DNA from: Octopus sinensis | Lineage: Eukaryota | Length of the DNA stretch: 64,000 nucleotides | Reading direction: 5' to 3' | Assembly (NCBI RefSeq): GCF_006345805.1 | Contig: NC_043005.1 | Span: 96,658,001 to 96,722,000 of the forward strand | Shown: positions 38,486 to 51,592 of the stretch, in pieces | Numbering within the stretch: position 1 is the stretch's first letter | Layout: every line of letters starts with the position of its first letter | Translations under genes and position numbers: made by a program | The notes under the pieces: model-generated | The model's input: only the letters and a program-made list of their open reading frames with translations | Told to the model about the DNA's origin: nothing | Database searches by the model: none

Positions 38486-40171
38486 ACATGCATACATACA
38501 TACATACATATATACATACATACATACATGCATCATGCATTCGCACATGCCGGTAACGATCAAACATTTGTATAAATACACATAACCAGCAATGAAGCAC
38601 AGACACGCGAGTGCGCTTGTGCACTGAAGTGACATGGACATGCGTTATATGAATGCAGGATTATATATACACACATTCGTTTTTTCACACACCAATATTC
38701 ATATTCACGGCCTTAAGAGCAGTTTTGAGATAAACGAAGGCACCTTGTCACTTTGTTAGTGACAGGCTTGAGTTGTACAGAAGTGGAAAGAATTAAAGAA
38801 TTCTTAAAGAACTACACACATACAAACATTCATACAATATATCCATCCATCCATCCATCCATCCATCCATCCATCCTCCATCCATCCATCCATCCATCCA
38901 TCCATACATACATACATATATACATACATACATATACATACATATATATATATATTATATATATATATATATAGATATATATATATATATACTATATACA
39001 CACAAACAAAGTACCCACACTCAGATACACACATACACAACATGCTTCCACACAGTTTCCGTCAACAAAATTCGCTTACCAGTGTTTGGTCAATCCCTTC
39101 CAATAATAGGCGGCACTTTCTGTAAGATACTGCACAGTAGACTCGAGTATAGATTCTCGGGGCTGCGAAATAAACTTGTGAACTACATAACCTTGCCTTT
39201 ATGATACAGCTATAATTGTGAAAGCCTCTTATAAACACGGTCTGGCAACATCGTAATATCGTTTTTGTTCCTTTATCTTCTGTCTTTCTCTTCGGCGTCT
39301 TTATTTCCTAAGTACAAATCCTGCTTTCTGGTTGATAAAATAAAGTACCAGTCAAGTGTCGAAGGTCGATGTAACCAAACTAATCCCCACCAAGTTTCAT
39401 GTCTTGTGTCTCAATCAGAAACGATTATAAGCATAATTAATGATACTAAACGATTATTGTTGTTTAAATTAATGGACTCCCGAACTCCTCAGATGTTGTT
39501 ATATCCTCTTTTTAATGTTAACATTTAGTTGCTATTGCGTAAAAGACTCCGTCTTAAAGTTATCACAACAAAGGGAATCCATTACTTATCAATGCTAAAC
39601 AAAAAGGAACATAAACTACGATGCTATATATGTGAGTATGCGCGCAGGCGTGCGAACGTGCGTGTGAGTGTGCGTGTGTGTATGTGTGTGTTTGTGTGTG
39701 TGTGTTCGTGTGCGTGTGTTGTGCTCTTAAAGTACTAGCTTGAGTTTTTCCATAATGTTATTGATTTAGCTTCTTTTCACAACTCAGATCAAGTCACTTG
39801 ACAAGTGAGTCAAACCAGTAATGATCTTTTTACTTTTTTAATAGATGCGGAAAGCTTTGCCTGTACGAACGAGTCTGTGATACAGAAATAAATCAATGGA
39901 GTAAAATATTCGATTGATTTTTTTTTTTTGTTATCATGGTCGTTTCATTTCTGATATCGATATGTTATATTGTTATATTACGATTTAAAACTTACGTCAT
40001 GTGAGCCTTATTTGAAAGACAACTTAAATATAGTTACGGAATGTAACTGCTATACTGAGCAGGTCTAGTGGGTGACTTTTAGAAAAGTATTTGTGAATTA
40101 AACATGACAGAAAATTGTGAAAACGAAATCAGAATTTTCATATGATGTATTTATATTTTTATGCTTGAATA

Positions 40172-40390
40172 AGGCGGCGAGCTGGCAGAAATGTTAGCAC
40201 GCCTGGCGAAATGCTTAGTCGTATTTCGTCTGCGGTTACGTTCTGAGTTCAAATTCCACCGAGGTCAACTTTGCCTTTCATCCTTTCGGGTCGATTAAAT
40301 AAGTACCAGTTAAGAACTGGGATTGATGCAAGTGACTTACTCTTTCCCCCGAAATTACTAGCCTTGTGTCAAAATATGAAACCAATATTT
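40172..40390 (+). mobile_element. SINE family A
   Basis: AAGGCGGCGAGCTGGCAGAAATGTTAGC...GAGGTCAACTTTGCCTTTCATCC. Confidence 0.92.
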
Positions 40391-41086
40391 TACGGCGGAA
40401 TATTACTAATACAAATGAAACCAGAGGTCGTGAACTAGAACATACCATAAACAACAAGACAAACTGAATTTGTACTTTTTAAAATAAATCAAAATCTGTT
40501 AGTAAATAGTGCTAGTTATGTGTTCATTTTTAAAGATATGATTTATATTGAAAAGCATATGGAATTAGTGGTAATTCAACTCGAGTCAAAGATGTTCGTC
40601 TTGCACATTTGCAGAAAACCTAAGTTCATATTATCCAAAGAGTTTTATTCGAAGAAGTTATGGCTGTTATTTGAAAGCGAATTAGCTGTTCTTCCAAGTA
40701 GGTTTAGCAATCACATAGGGGTTCCTTTGTCGTTGATCTGATGACCTTCTCATAACATGCCGTCATGGATATGATCATTATAGTATTCCATAGTGCTGGT
40801 CTTGGTGTTAAGGGAAGGCACTTGAGACTTAGATGCAATTCTAGACAGAAACATGTCTTGCTCATAAGCGAAAAACCAAATCTCTTTGATTGGATTTTGC
40901 CAATTCTAGGAATATGAGGCTTCAGAATAGATTGTAGATGTTGTTTAGTTCTAGATCAGGTTTGATCTAGCATTGGATAAAAGGTTTCATCAAAGGCATT
41001 GGAGCCTCGATTATTCCATCTTTACCCATTTTTTAAAGTACAGTGTATCTCGGAGTACATTACCCAATGTTTTTCTTCTTTTTAAA

Positions 41087-41990
41087 ATGCCTGCAGAATA
41101 TGATTTGAAAGAAAAACAAAAAGAGATTCATAAAGGTACTAAACTCCGAAAAGCAGTTACCAATGACCGTAGTGCACCAGTAGTTGGCAAGAAATCAAAT
41201 GATAGCTTACCACGAGGTGGTGGAGGTTTTCCTCCAAACAATATTGGAGGCATGGCTGGCGAGTTATTCCCTGGAGAAATACCAAAATTACAAAACAAAG
41301 GTCAAAAACAGAGAATACCAGCAAGTATTTCATCTCGAAAACCGGTGCGCTTACCAAATGGACCTACCAATCAGACTGATTTCAGGTCTCAACTCAATAA
41401 AAATGTATCAAACTGTGGCTCGGTAATCAATGATAACAAGACTTTGCCACAACGGAACGTACCTGCAACTTGTAAATCTCAGCCTCCAACTCCTCATTTT
41501 GTAAACACTAGCAATGACATCAATAACAACATCACCAACAATAACCATTCTGTTAATGTTAATACAACCCGCAGCCCATCGCAACACACTGCTGGTAGCA
41601 TTGCAATGAACGTTGGTGGAGGACGTCGGATGCCAGGAGCACATCCACCGCCACCCCCAGGTCGTCCTCCCTCTCTACTCAACAACTGAACACCATATAA
41701 AAACCGGCCATGCAGCATGATTATCTTCTTCCTCCTCGTTCTCCTCTTCAAGCTTTCCCTTAAACCGAGCCCAGCCTCCACTACCACCACCCACACGAGG
41801 TCCACTTCTCCTTCCTGAAATGGTAGCCAGTAGCAGTGGAACACAACCAAGGTCAAAACCTCCAGCTCAGAGGCCTCCTCCTCCATCTCCTACAAAACAA
41901 CCTGCAGGCCCTTTTCGGTTAATGACCCAAAGTCAAGAAGGCCCAAGTCCTCCACAGCGAACAAGTATTCTTAGTTCGAGTAGCAACTAA
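41087..41990 (+). pseudogene. WIP/verprolin-like (WIPF family) intronless disrupted copy; 200-aa open 5' part at 41087-41689
   Basis: IHKGTKLRKAVTNDRSAP matches the WIP WH2 motif (human ISKGKKLKKTVTNDRSAP); followed by a Gly-rich linker, GELFPGEIPKL (compare GLFQAGMPKL) and Pro-rich sequence. TGA at 41687 and two frameshifts precede further Pro-rich reading to TAA 41988-41990. Confidence 0.8.
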
Positions 41991-42414
41991 GTTCGAGTAG
42001 CATGAGGGAGAGGAAAGATTTGGTTGTTATTTCTAGCACATCAAGTAACCATGTGGAGGCTTTTTGAGGCTACTAGCAAGGTCATTTATTGTATTTTAGT
42101 CGCGAAAATCTTCGTTCATTGACTGATAGTGTTCTATGTTTTTGTTAATGCAAAAAATACGAGGCTCAAAATAGGCTGTTGTCGTTATTATATAGTATAT
42201 AGTATATATAGAATAGTATATTATATTATATATAGGCTGTCGTCAAAATAGGCTGTTGCTTAACCCAATATGTCCTTATTAATAAAACACCATGTAAAGT
42301 GTGATTTGAGAGATTTTTCGATTTATATTTATTGCATACCGAGCTGCCATGTAGAGGCATATGGTGGTTACTAAAAAGGTGGTTCACAGTAATCTAAGTC
42401 AATGAACTATTCTT

Positions 42415-43020
42415 TCGTTCATGGCCATTGTTCAGAGTATTAAAGTACTTTGTTGGTATCACGAACATAGCATTCAATGAAGAACATCTTTGGAACTCAG
42501 CTAGTTCAGTAGTTTTTAAGCAAATACTGGCATACCCGGCACGAAAGGAAGCATTTAGCACCGACCTACATACCCAATTCATGAGTAAAATTAACTTTTT
42601 GAAGTTACATTCTAAAACAGCACGCTACTTTTTGAAAATTTTGGTTTGCTTTTTGGGAAACAGAGCTGGTAGCCCCGCTGTCAGTTATTATAGTATTTCT
42701 CACGGGCTGCGATCTATGACGATTGAAAAGCGGGCGGACAAATTACTTTGCTTGATAAAAATTAAACTTGTAAGTTTTTAGATGGTTTTTAAATGTCTTT
42801 TTTAAACGATTTTAAGTTTTTAAATTTTGTCGAACTCCATTGCAAAGAATAAAGTACTTATATGGATATAAACTATTTTATCTTCTCATTAATGAAGAGG
42901 GAAGCGAGGAGTGACTTAAATAGTTTCAGATATATTTGGAGAAGCAATTAGTTGAAAAATTGCTCAGTAAGTATAGCTGCAAAGAGGTACTTGAACACTC
43001 ACTGAACAATGGCCGCGAAC
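42415..43020. mobile_element. About 600-bp MITE-like element with imperfect 35-bp terminal inverted repeats
   Basis: CGTTCATGGCCATTGTTCAG-AGTATTAAAGTAC versus reverse complement of 42985-43020, CGTTCGCGGCCATTGTTCAGTGAGTGTTCAAGTAC; no clear TSD. Confidence 0.55.
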
Positions 43021-45039
43021 GTTCAAAAACCTCTTTTAATAAAATACAATAAACCATCTTGTTTGAAGCCACGGGAAACTTCTAACTTCTCAATGAGGAT
43101 GTTAGCGCCCTCAAATGGGAGCTGGGCATTCGAAAGGGTGTTAGGTTTTAGAGGATAAGGTAATATAATTAACATACTAAATTTTACCTATGATAGTAAT
43201 TATATAAAATATGACAAAACCAGTAATAGTTATAAAAAGAAAATTAGATCTCATCGGGTATAGGGAAGTCTTTATTAATTACTTTTGTCTTTATTAATTT
43301 TTTTTATCATTTCACTTATAAAAGCTTATACAATCCATTTTTAGAGTAAAATTTATAAATTACCATCGATCTTGAGTTAGTTTAGTCGCTAAGTGGGTGA
43401 GTTCTAGGAATAATAAAAAACTTAAAGAGGGGAGTACCGAAAAAAAAAAAGATGATTAAGAACCACTACTCTACGTGATAGCTGGACGCTGTAGAAATAA
43501 CTAAAATATCTCTAAAATTATATTTTACTGAATTTGTTTTAATAGGAAGAACGTATTGGATAATGTAAGCAATACCTGATAAAAAAAAGGAAGATTGAAT
43601 GTTCGAGGCTCAGATCAGAAATTTGTTTATTATAAGTTTGGCAGATGAAGCCCGATCTCAGGTTAACAACTACAACAATAACATCAACAGCAACAACAAC
43701 GACTCATATTCTCGACATTGGCAAAACCGCATCAAAAAGATTTGGCTTTTAATTCAGAGGAGAGAAATATTTCTATCCAGAAACTCTTTCAAGTGTTTAG
43801 CACTTCCCCTTCCCACCATGACCAGCACTTAAGAATGTTATACTGATTATATTCTTAGACAACGTATCTCATTCCGTCACTATATTTAAGACTAATTTCA
43901 GTGGAATGCTACAAGATCGATAACAACTATGGGCGTCTAAGTGGAAGCTTAACCAGCTAGAAATAACAACGAAATATTCTTCAAATCACACCCTTATCTT
44001 CCTGGAAAATGAGACTGGATGCTGTGTACTTGGGTTCTCTGCATATTGAAAAAGAGACGACTAAATATCAATGAACTGGTTTTTCAGTTTCTACTTCTTC
44101 CATCACAACTAGAACGCCCTTCCCCTTGAAGAGCTTGGTATGTATCACCTCCAACCAGGACCATTTTACACAATCATTTTCCCGTTTCTCTTCAACCTTG
44201 CAGTGTTTCAATGAGCGGAAATAAAGTCATATGTAACGAATAAAAATGGCACTGAAAAAGTTACAATTCAGGAAAAATAGGAAAAAAAGGGGAAAGAATC
44301 AGGAAAAGAAATGTCACATTTCATTTAAATAGCGTTAGTAAATAGTAAAGATATTTGGATAAATAATATTTACTTCGCTTATTAACTGACAATGCATAAT
44401 TTTTAAACAAGGAGAAAACTATATATCAAACGTGATGGAAAAATATATCGTTGTAATTAACACCAAAATTTACAAAAATGAAATGAAGCAAAATAAAATA
44501 AAGTATCAACAGCGAAGTTTTTCCGCAGTCAACACTGGAGGACCATCATCAGCACACCGAGCTTTGTTGAGGTTTCGGCCACTGAGGTAGGGAACACTTC
44601 TGTTTCGCAAGCTGATACTGCATTTGGATGTTTTACTGTGTACCTCCACCAGTGCCGCTTGCCGACTTCTACACTGTCCAACATGAAACAAACTCTGCTA
44701 CCAGAGTAACCCACCTCACTAATTTTCCTCACCCTCTGTCCCCAACGCTGTACACCTTCACACCGCTCTCTCTCTTTCTCTCTCTCTCCTCTCTCTCTCT
44801 CTTTCATTTCTTCTATCTTCTCAACTCTCAACATAGTCAACTATACGACTTGTGAAAACAGCTCAGGTCTCAAAGTCATGTTCACCATTTCCGTCGGGAT
44901 CAGTTGCCCCCCTCCCAGCTTCACTTCCACAAACACATAGTACCGATTTACCACTTCCAACAACCCACAAACACCAAAGGAACGTACACACTTCCAGTTT
45001 CTTTCTTTCTGCTACGCTTCTCTTTCACAGACTTATACC

Positions 45040-45350
45040 AGTCATTTCCAGAATTTTTTCTATGACATTTTGTGACTTTTCCCTGATATTTTACTAGTAA
45101 CACTTTACTGATTTTTCCCCCTGAAACATTTTCTGTAATTTTGCTCCGTGACCTGTTTGTAACTTTTTTCAGTGGAATTTTCCATGTAACACTATTCTAT
45201 TAATTTCGGTAGCTTTTTCTTGTGACATTTTCCCGGACTTTTTCTGTGGTATTTTCTGAAACATGTTTTCCTGCAACAAATTTTCTATGAAATTTTTCCT
45301 GTAAATTTTGCTTGTAGAACTTTTTACTTTCTCTTGTGACTTTTTCCCTA
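45040..45350. repeat. Highly degenerate minisatellite of about 12 bp (minus GAAAAAGTCACA-like)
   Basis: Recurrent TTTTC/TGTGAC motifs at roughly 12-nt spacing. Confidence 0.55.
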
Positions 45351-46173
45351 AATTCCAAGCCCTTGCGTCATAATTCCTGCACTTGAACACTTCGCCCAAA
45401 TCTTTCCTTTACAGAACTGCATTCTACGAATCCCACTCCTCAACTCCGTTATTCTGCCGACACCAGCTCAGGGATCCAAATCGTTCCCACAAATCAAAAT
45501 GTTCCCACCAGGCTCTAAGAAAATGAGGCGATTGTTTCCTTTTTCGTCTGACTAATCAACAAAAATAAATTAACTCTTTTCCTTTGCTCTTAATTATTCG
45601 ACAGCTCATAGTTTCCCTTCCACCGCCACCTCCTTCTTCTCTTCATCCTCTTTCACCTCCTTCCCCACCTCCTCGTCCTGTTCTGGTCTTCCCCTGGGCG
45701 CACCGAATTTAATCCCACCCATTACAGGCATGTCTTCTACTATTCCCCCCTCCTTTTCCTTTCGTAATTCTACACCATGAAATAATGTCACAAAAATGCT
45801 GGACCTCCACCCAGAGAGTTGCACACGCAATCGAATTGGGTGCACAACAAGAGTGTGCAACTGGAATTATACAACTACATGCGGGCATCCCCTTGAAAAT
45901 GCACACACACACACACACTCACTCACTCTCTCTCTCTCTGTCTTTCGCACTCTCTTTCTCACTCTCTCTTTCGCAGTACACACACACACACACACACTCA
46001 CACACACACACATATATATATACATATATTTAGAAAGTTGGAATGAGTGCTCAACACCGCATTGGTGGGTAAATTCACAAATAAAGAATATGCGTGTGTG
46101 TGTGTGTGTATGTATGTATATATGTATATATATGTATAATATGTGTCTGTGTGTATTTATGTATATATGTATA

Positions 46174-46213
<40 letters not shown>

Positions 46214-46679
46214 TATATATATGTATAATATGTGTGTGTGTATGTATGTATAATGTATATTTTGTATATATACATATACATGTGTGTCTATGTATGTATG
46301 TATATATATATTATATATATATATATATATATAGCATATATACACAATATATATATATGTATATATCCTTCATGTACTCACGTAGCTATTTATGTTTGTG
46401 ACTGTATGTATGTGTGTGCGTGTGTGTATGTTTGTGTGCGCGCGTCTGTGTATACAAAATTTTCAACTGTGTGTATGTATGTGTAGACATTATGAATGTG
46501 TGTGTATACAGAGAAAGAAGAGAGAGAGAGAGAGCGGTTGATAAATACACGCGCACACATATATTCATGCATACACACACACTTCCATATACACTACACA
46601 ATTGCACACAAACTTTATGAACATATAAAACACATAAACACAAGCATATACATATACATCCACACATTTATATCTTTAA

Positions 46680-47130
46680 TCTTTTACTTGTTTCGGCTAT
46701 TAGAATGCGGCCATGCCGGGGCATCCCCATGAAAAATATTTTAGTCGAATGACTCGACTTTTATTCTTTTATTTGTTTCAGTCATTTAACTGCGACCATG
46801 CTGGAGCACCGCTTTTAGTCGAACAAATCAACCCCAGGTCTTATTCTTTGTAAGCTTAGTACTTATTCTATGGGTTTTCTTTTGCTGAACCGCTAAGTTA
46901 CGGGGACGTAAATACACCAGTATCGGTTGTCAAGCGATGCTGGAGGGACAAACACAGACGCGCAAATATATACAGTTTCAGTTTCCGTCTACCAAATCCA
47001 CTCACGAGGCTTTGGTAGGCCTGCGGCCATAGTCGAAGACAATTGCCCAAGGTGCAACGCAGTGGAACTGAACCCGGAACTATGTGGTTGGTAAGCAAGC
47101 TACTTACCACAAAGCCACTCCTGCGCCTAT
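46680..47130 (-). mobile_element. SINE family B with duplicated tail
   Basis: Two tail segments (46680, 46770), then the canonical body and head ending CCACTCCTGCGCC. Confidence 0.9.
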
Positions 47131-47869
47131 AATATATTATATTATATCATACATATATGTGTGTGTATCATATATATGTATATATTATATTTTATTATAT
47201 ATATATATATATATATCATGTTAGATATATAATATATACATGCATGCACACGCATATATACATACATACATGCATACATACATACATACATACATACATA
47301 CATACATACATACATGCATACATACATACATACATACATACATACATACATACATACTCACCAGCCAAATAAGAAAAAGAAAGAGTTTTATATTGCACTT
47401 AAAAACAAATTACAACTGTTTTTGTACAAACTTAGCCTTTAATGCCAATTAGCGCAAGAGTTCCATTTGGCAACATACAACCCTTGGAAGAACTACAATG
47501 TGAGAATGCATCTTTTGATTCAAGTATGACGAAGTGCCACTCTAATGTTTAAAATCGTAAATATTACGTAACGTTTCACAAGGGACCTTTTCGGGAATTG
47601 GCATTAAAAACAAAGATGGTACGGAAACAACAGCAACTGGTCACTGAAAATGTGATATCCGTTTCTTTTTTTTGTCTTATTATTTAGATTATATTTTAGT
47701 CTTTTTAAAATCCACACATACGTTTTACCGATATAAACCTGACAATTTGGACACCTGAAGTTCTTTGATCTAACTTAAGACAACAATATCCTCAAACTTG
47801 GGTTCAGTGTGCCACATATTTCTACGCTACTAGAGCCCTAATATTTGTTGTTCCACCCACACACACTAT

Positions 47870-48137
47870 GTATATATATGGTGTATGTATGTATGTATTA
47901 TATATATATATATATATATAGATATATATATATAATATATATATAGATATATATATAGATAGTATAGATAATATGTATGTATATATATATTGTATATATG
48001 TATGTATATTATATATATATATATATATAATATGTATATATGTATATATATATATGTATATATAATATGTATATATATATGTATATATGTATATATGTAT
48101 GTACATATATATATATAATGTATATATATATAAATAT

Positions 48138-48168
<31 letters not shown>

Positions 48169-48203
48169 CTGTGTGAGTTAGAGGTTGAGAAACCAACTAA
48201 GGG

Positions 48204-48250
<47 letters not shown>

Positions 48251-48430
48251 ATAGAATGATATATATAAATATGTATATATATATATATATAATGTATATA
48301 TATATAGTATGTATATATATATATGTATATATGTATATATGTATGTATATATATATATATATGTTATAACACCTATATAATACAACACACACACCACATT
48401 ATATATATATATTAATATATATATATATAT
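47870..48430. repeat. Long interrupted (TA)n/(TATG)n tract
   Basis: Direct reading. Confidence 0.93.
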
Positions 48431-48831
48431 TTCTGTTGTGAGAAACCAACTAAGGGATAGTACCTATCCAATATAGTTCTAGTTATTGCTGAGTGGCAAT
48501 CTCGCAATTGAGTATTATATATGGGTTGGGGTGAAAAGTGGGTTACCCTTGATTTATATAGCAAATAAAAAAGTGGAGAGGATATGAAATCGACAGACAT
48601 CAGCCAGTAAACATGCCAGTATGTCTATTTTTTCTAATGTATTGGAATGGTACACACACGTGTATTAGAACAGATTATCAAATGTAAAGAATTAGTAATT
48701 AATGATTGCAAAAGCAAGGGTGTGGAAGCGTATAAGCATACAGGAACGAGTGACCAATTAAGCAGATGAGCAAATGAGCAAAGGAACAGATTTAAACAGA
48801 TCGTCTATAAAACAGAATGGGTGTGTAGGTG

Positions 48832-48967
48832 CTAGTTCCTTACGGCTGTTTCTGCCAAGAGGCAACGAAATCTTCCGGATAATCTCCATCTCTCCAGCTC
48901 TTCAGTAGGGATGAACTGATTAGGCTTGGATGATGAATGTGCCTCTAGGCTTCTTCAGAGGGTCTAA
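48832..48967 (-). ncRNA. Type I hammerhead-like motif HHR-C with extended stem II
   Basis: Minus: TTAGACCCT CTGAAGA A GCC T AGAGGCA...TGCCTCT T GGC A GAA AC AGCC GT A AGGAACTAG. Confidence 0.65.
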
Positions 48968-49461
48968 GTGGTTGGGGAGGCGGGGGAGGGAGCGGGGGCT
49001 AACACACATATATAAAAGTTAGTTAACAATAGCTACAGTGTGTTTGTCTTATTTTTTAAATAGAGTAGAAAAAGAATGAGAGTAAGAATTAGAACAAGCG
49101 CGAGGATATTTGGCATGACAGCAACGAAAACAAAACTATTAAAGTGTTATTAGCAAATCTTTATCAAATATATAGCGGGTCAAATTAATGTGATGCCGAC
49201 GAAAATGTCAACATAGACAACAACAAGAACAACAACAACAAAGATCAGCAACTGCAACAATTACTGCAACAACAACATCTATTACTACTTCTACTACTAC
49301 AGCTGTAACAACAATTTGTTACTTTGACACTTGGCCTCAAATTAATACGTAAGACGATATATTCGTTGTAATTAAATTGGTGCAAGTGCAAATGTGTCAA
49401 TCCCCTTGCCTTGCTCTTACGTAGCCTCGGGATCCGTTTCACTGTTCTGGCACTCTGGTAA

Positions 49462-49508
<47 letters not shown>

Positions 49509-49572
49509 ACACACACACACACCACCACACACCCCACATATATATATATTATATATATATATATTTTTTATA

Positions 49573-49674
49573 AAGGAGCTTCTACAGGACTAGAACTGTT
49601 TATTCAAAAGAAATCATCAGGAGCTTCCTGATGATTTCTTTTGAAGAAACAGTTCTAGTCCTGTAGAGCTCCTT
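49573..49674. repeat. 102-bp near-perfect palindrome (inverted Penelope-type terminal repeat)
   Basis: AAGGAGCTTCTACAGGACTAGAACTGTTTATTCAAAAGAAATCATCAGGA and its inverse differ by one substitution and one 1-nt indel; 3-nt centre GCT. Confidence 0.95.
49620..49673 (+). ncRNA. Type I hammerhead ribozyme HHR-A, complete core
   Basis: GGAGCTTC / CTGATGA (49628-49634) / TTTCTTTTGAA / GAA (49646-49648) / ACAG-TTCTAGTC-CTGT / A49665 / GAGCTCC; predicted GUA cleavage after 49665. Confidence 0.75.
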
Positions 49675-50053
49675 CTATAAAATAAATTAATTTACTCTGC
49701 TATGTATTGAGTACTTATTACTGTGGTTAACCCCCGACTCAACCCGGGACCTACATATATATATATTATATATATTTATAATATATATATTATATATATA
49801 ATATATATATATTAATAAAAAGAATTCCAACCTTGTCTGATTTTCACGTTTTATTTACAATCTTATAATGATATATTATAAGATAATATATTATATTGAA
49901 TAAAATAAAATGAAATAGTAGAATGTTAAAATTTTCATTCTGATTGAATAGTACTTTCCATGCATTGAATTCTGCAATCTTCGGGTTCATGTAGTAGTGT
50001 TGACAGTCATGCTTCACAATTTTTGACTGTAGCAAGATGATTGATTCTCACAC

Positions 50054-50089
<36 letters not shown>

Positions 50090-50094
50090 ACATA

Positions 50095-50126
<32 letters not shown>

Positions 50127-50134
50127 CATACATC

Positions 50135-50172
<38 letters not shown>

Positions 50173-50291
50173 GATTATTTATATATGTATGTATGTATGT
50201 ATGTATGTACATGTATGTATGTAAGCAGGCATGCTGTGTATGTATGTCTGTATGTATACATCTACTACAACACACACACACCACACACACC

Positions 50292-50325
<34 letters not shown>

Positions 50326-51149
50326 ATATAAACCAGAGGTCGACCAGTCCTTCTGAATGAAATTTGGGATCTACATGTTCTTGAGATGTAGCCTTAATCC
50401 TACACTCCGTTCAAAACTACCACCTTGCACCCTGGGTACCAATAGCAGAGTCTACTCTGCTATAATCATTGAAACCGGGGTATGAACGATTTTGGCACAG
50501 CCGTTTTGGCACCACTTATTGAGTGCCGCTGATTCGACGCTGACTTATTTGACACCAGACGTCTTAATGTTTCTCCCGTTTCAATGTTTCTCTCGTTCTC
50601 CGTGTCTATCTGTTTGTCTGTCTACCACCCTCTTTTTTTTCTCTCTCTCTTTCTCTCTCACGTTATCTATCTGTCTGTGTATATTTCTGTGCGTGTGCGT
50701 GTGTGCGTGTAAGTTTGCATTCAGTGTTAAAATGTACCGTCGTCACAACATGTTCAATCTTCATTCAGCTGAGCCAAATCTCCAGCCTCCAGAGCGCTGC
50801 GCCAAATTCTTCTATTCCATTCATGCCAACTGTCCGGTCCGAAACTAACTTTTTCTTTATTCCTAATAGTATTACTCGACCTTGAATTTTAAGCTTATAC
50901 GAGCTGTCCGAACACACTATATACTGCGTTGAATTAAACGTTTTGCAATATTTTGGTAATATTTGTTTAATTGTCAAGTTACTATAAAAGTAGTCCAACA
51001 TTCAAAGTAGAGGCCATCGTATTGCACCCTTCTCTCAATTCTTTGACCTCACGCTGATACTAGTTCTTGTCCTTCGAGGCGGAGAACTTCTTCAGTGACG
51101 CTTCACCTACTCTTGGTTAGTGAGCGTGGAAAACTGAGCCAGGGATCTG

Positions 51150-51370
51150 AACAATCCGCGTCTGGTGGAATTAGAAGGAGATAATTCACAACGATTTTGT
51201 TCCGGACGGACGAACTATTGGTGTCAACCTGTACCCCGAACACCTGGCGCGGATGTGTACTATTGTATGACAAATATACCCGGCATTGTTTAATAAAAAG
51301 TTAATATTTCTGCAGCAAGGCAATGCAAAACCTTGTACCACTCGATCGACCTGGAATATATCAGTATGAA
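51150..51370 (+). mobile_element. Decayed mariner transposase catalytic-domain fragment
   Basis: RVWWN*KEIIHNDFVPDGRTIGVNLYPEHLARM...YPALFNKKLIFLQQGNAKP (compare LCVWW...Y..QL...LLxDNAxPH). Confidence 0.75.
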
Positions 51371-51529
51371 GTAAACTACAATATCCAAGTTGGAGGGGTC
51401 TGTATTATTGATAATTATTAGTCCACAGAAAGGTTCGTAGAAGTATTCGATATGTCAAATTGCCATGAGTAGCAAAAGATTTTATGGTTTTAGACTTTTG
51501 TGCTTCGCCTCAGTGAAACGGGAAAATTG

Positions 51530-51592
51530 CAAAGAATTCAAATTTGATGACAAAGAATTCAAATTTGATAGCAAAGAATCCAAACTAGATCG
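51530..51592. repeat. Three copies of a 21-bp tandem repeat
   Basis: CAAAGAATTCAAATTTGATGA / CAAAGAATTCAAATTTGATAG / CAAAGAATCCAAACTAGATCG. Confidence 0.85.

Noticed and set aside
40520-41040. Minus-strand reading faintly like an RT N-terminus (RPALW...YEKVI...YLEEQ)
   Set aside because: Too many stops and no diagnostic RT motif.
40973-41086. Upstream extension of the WIP-like ORF from an alternative start
   Set aside because: No WIP similarity; the first ATG is at 41087.
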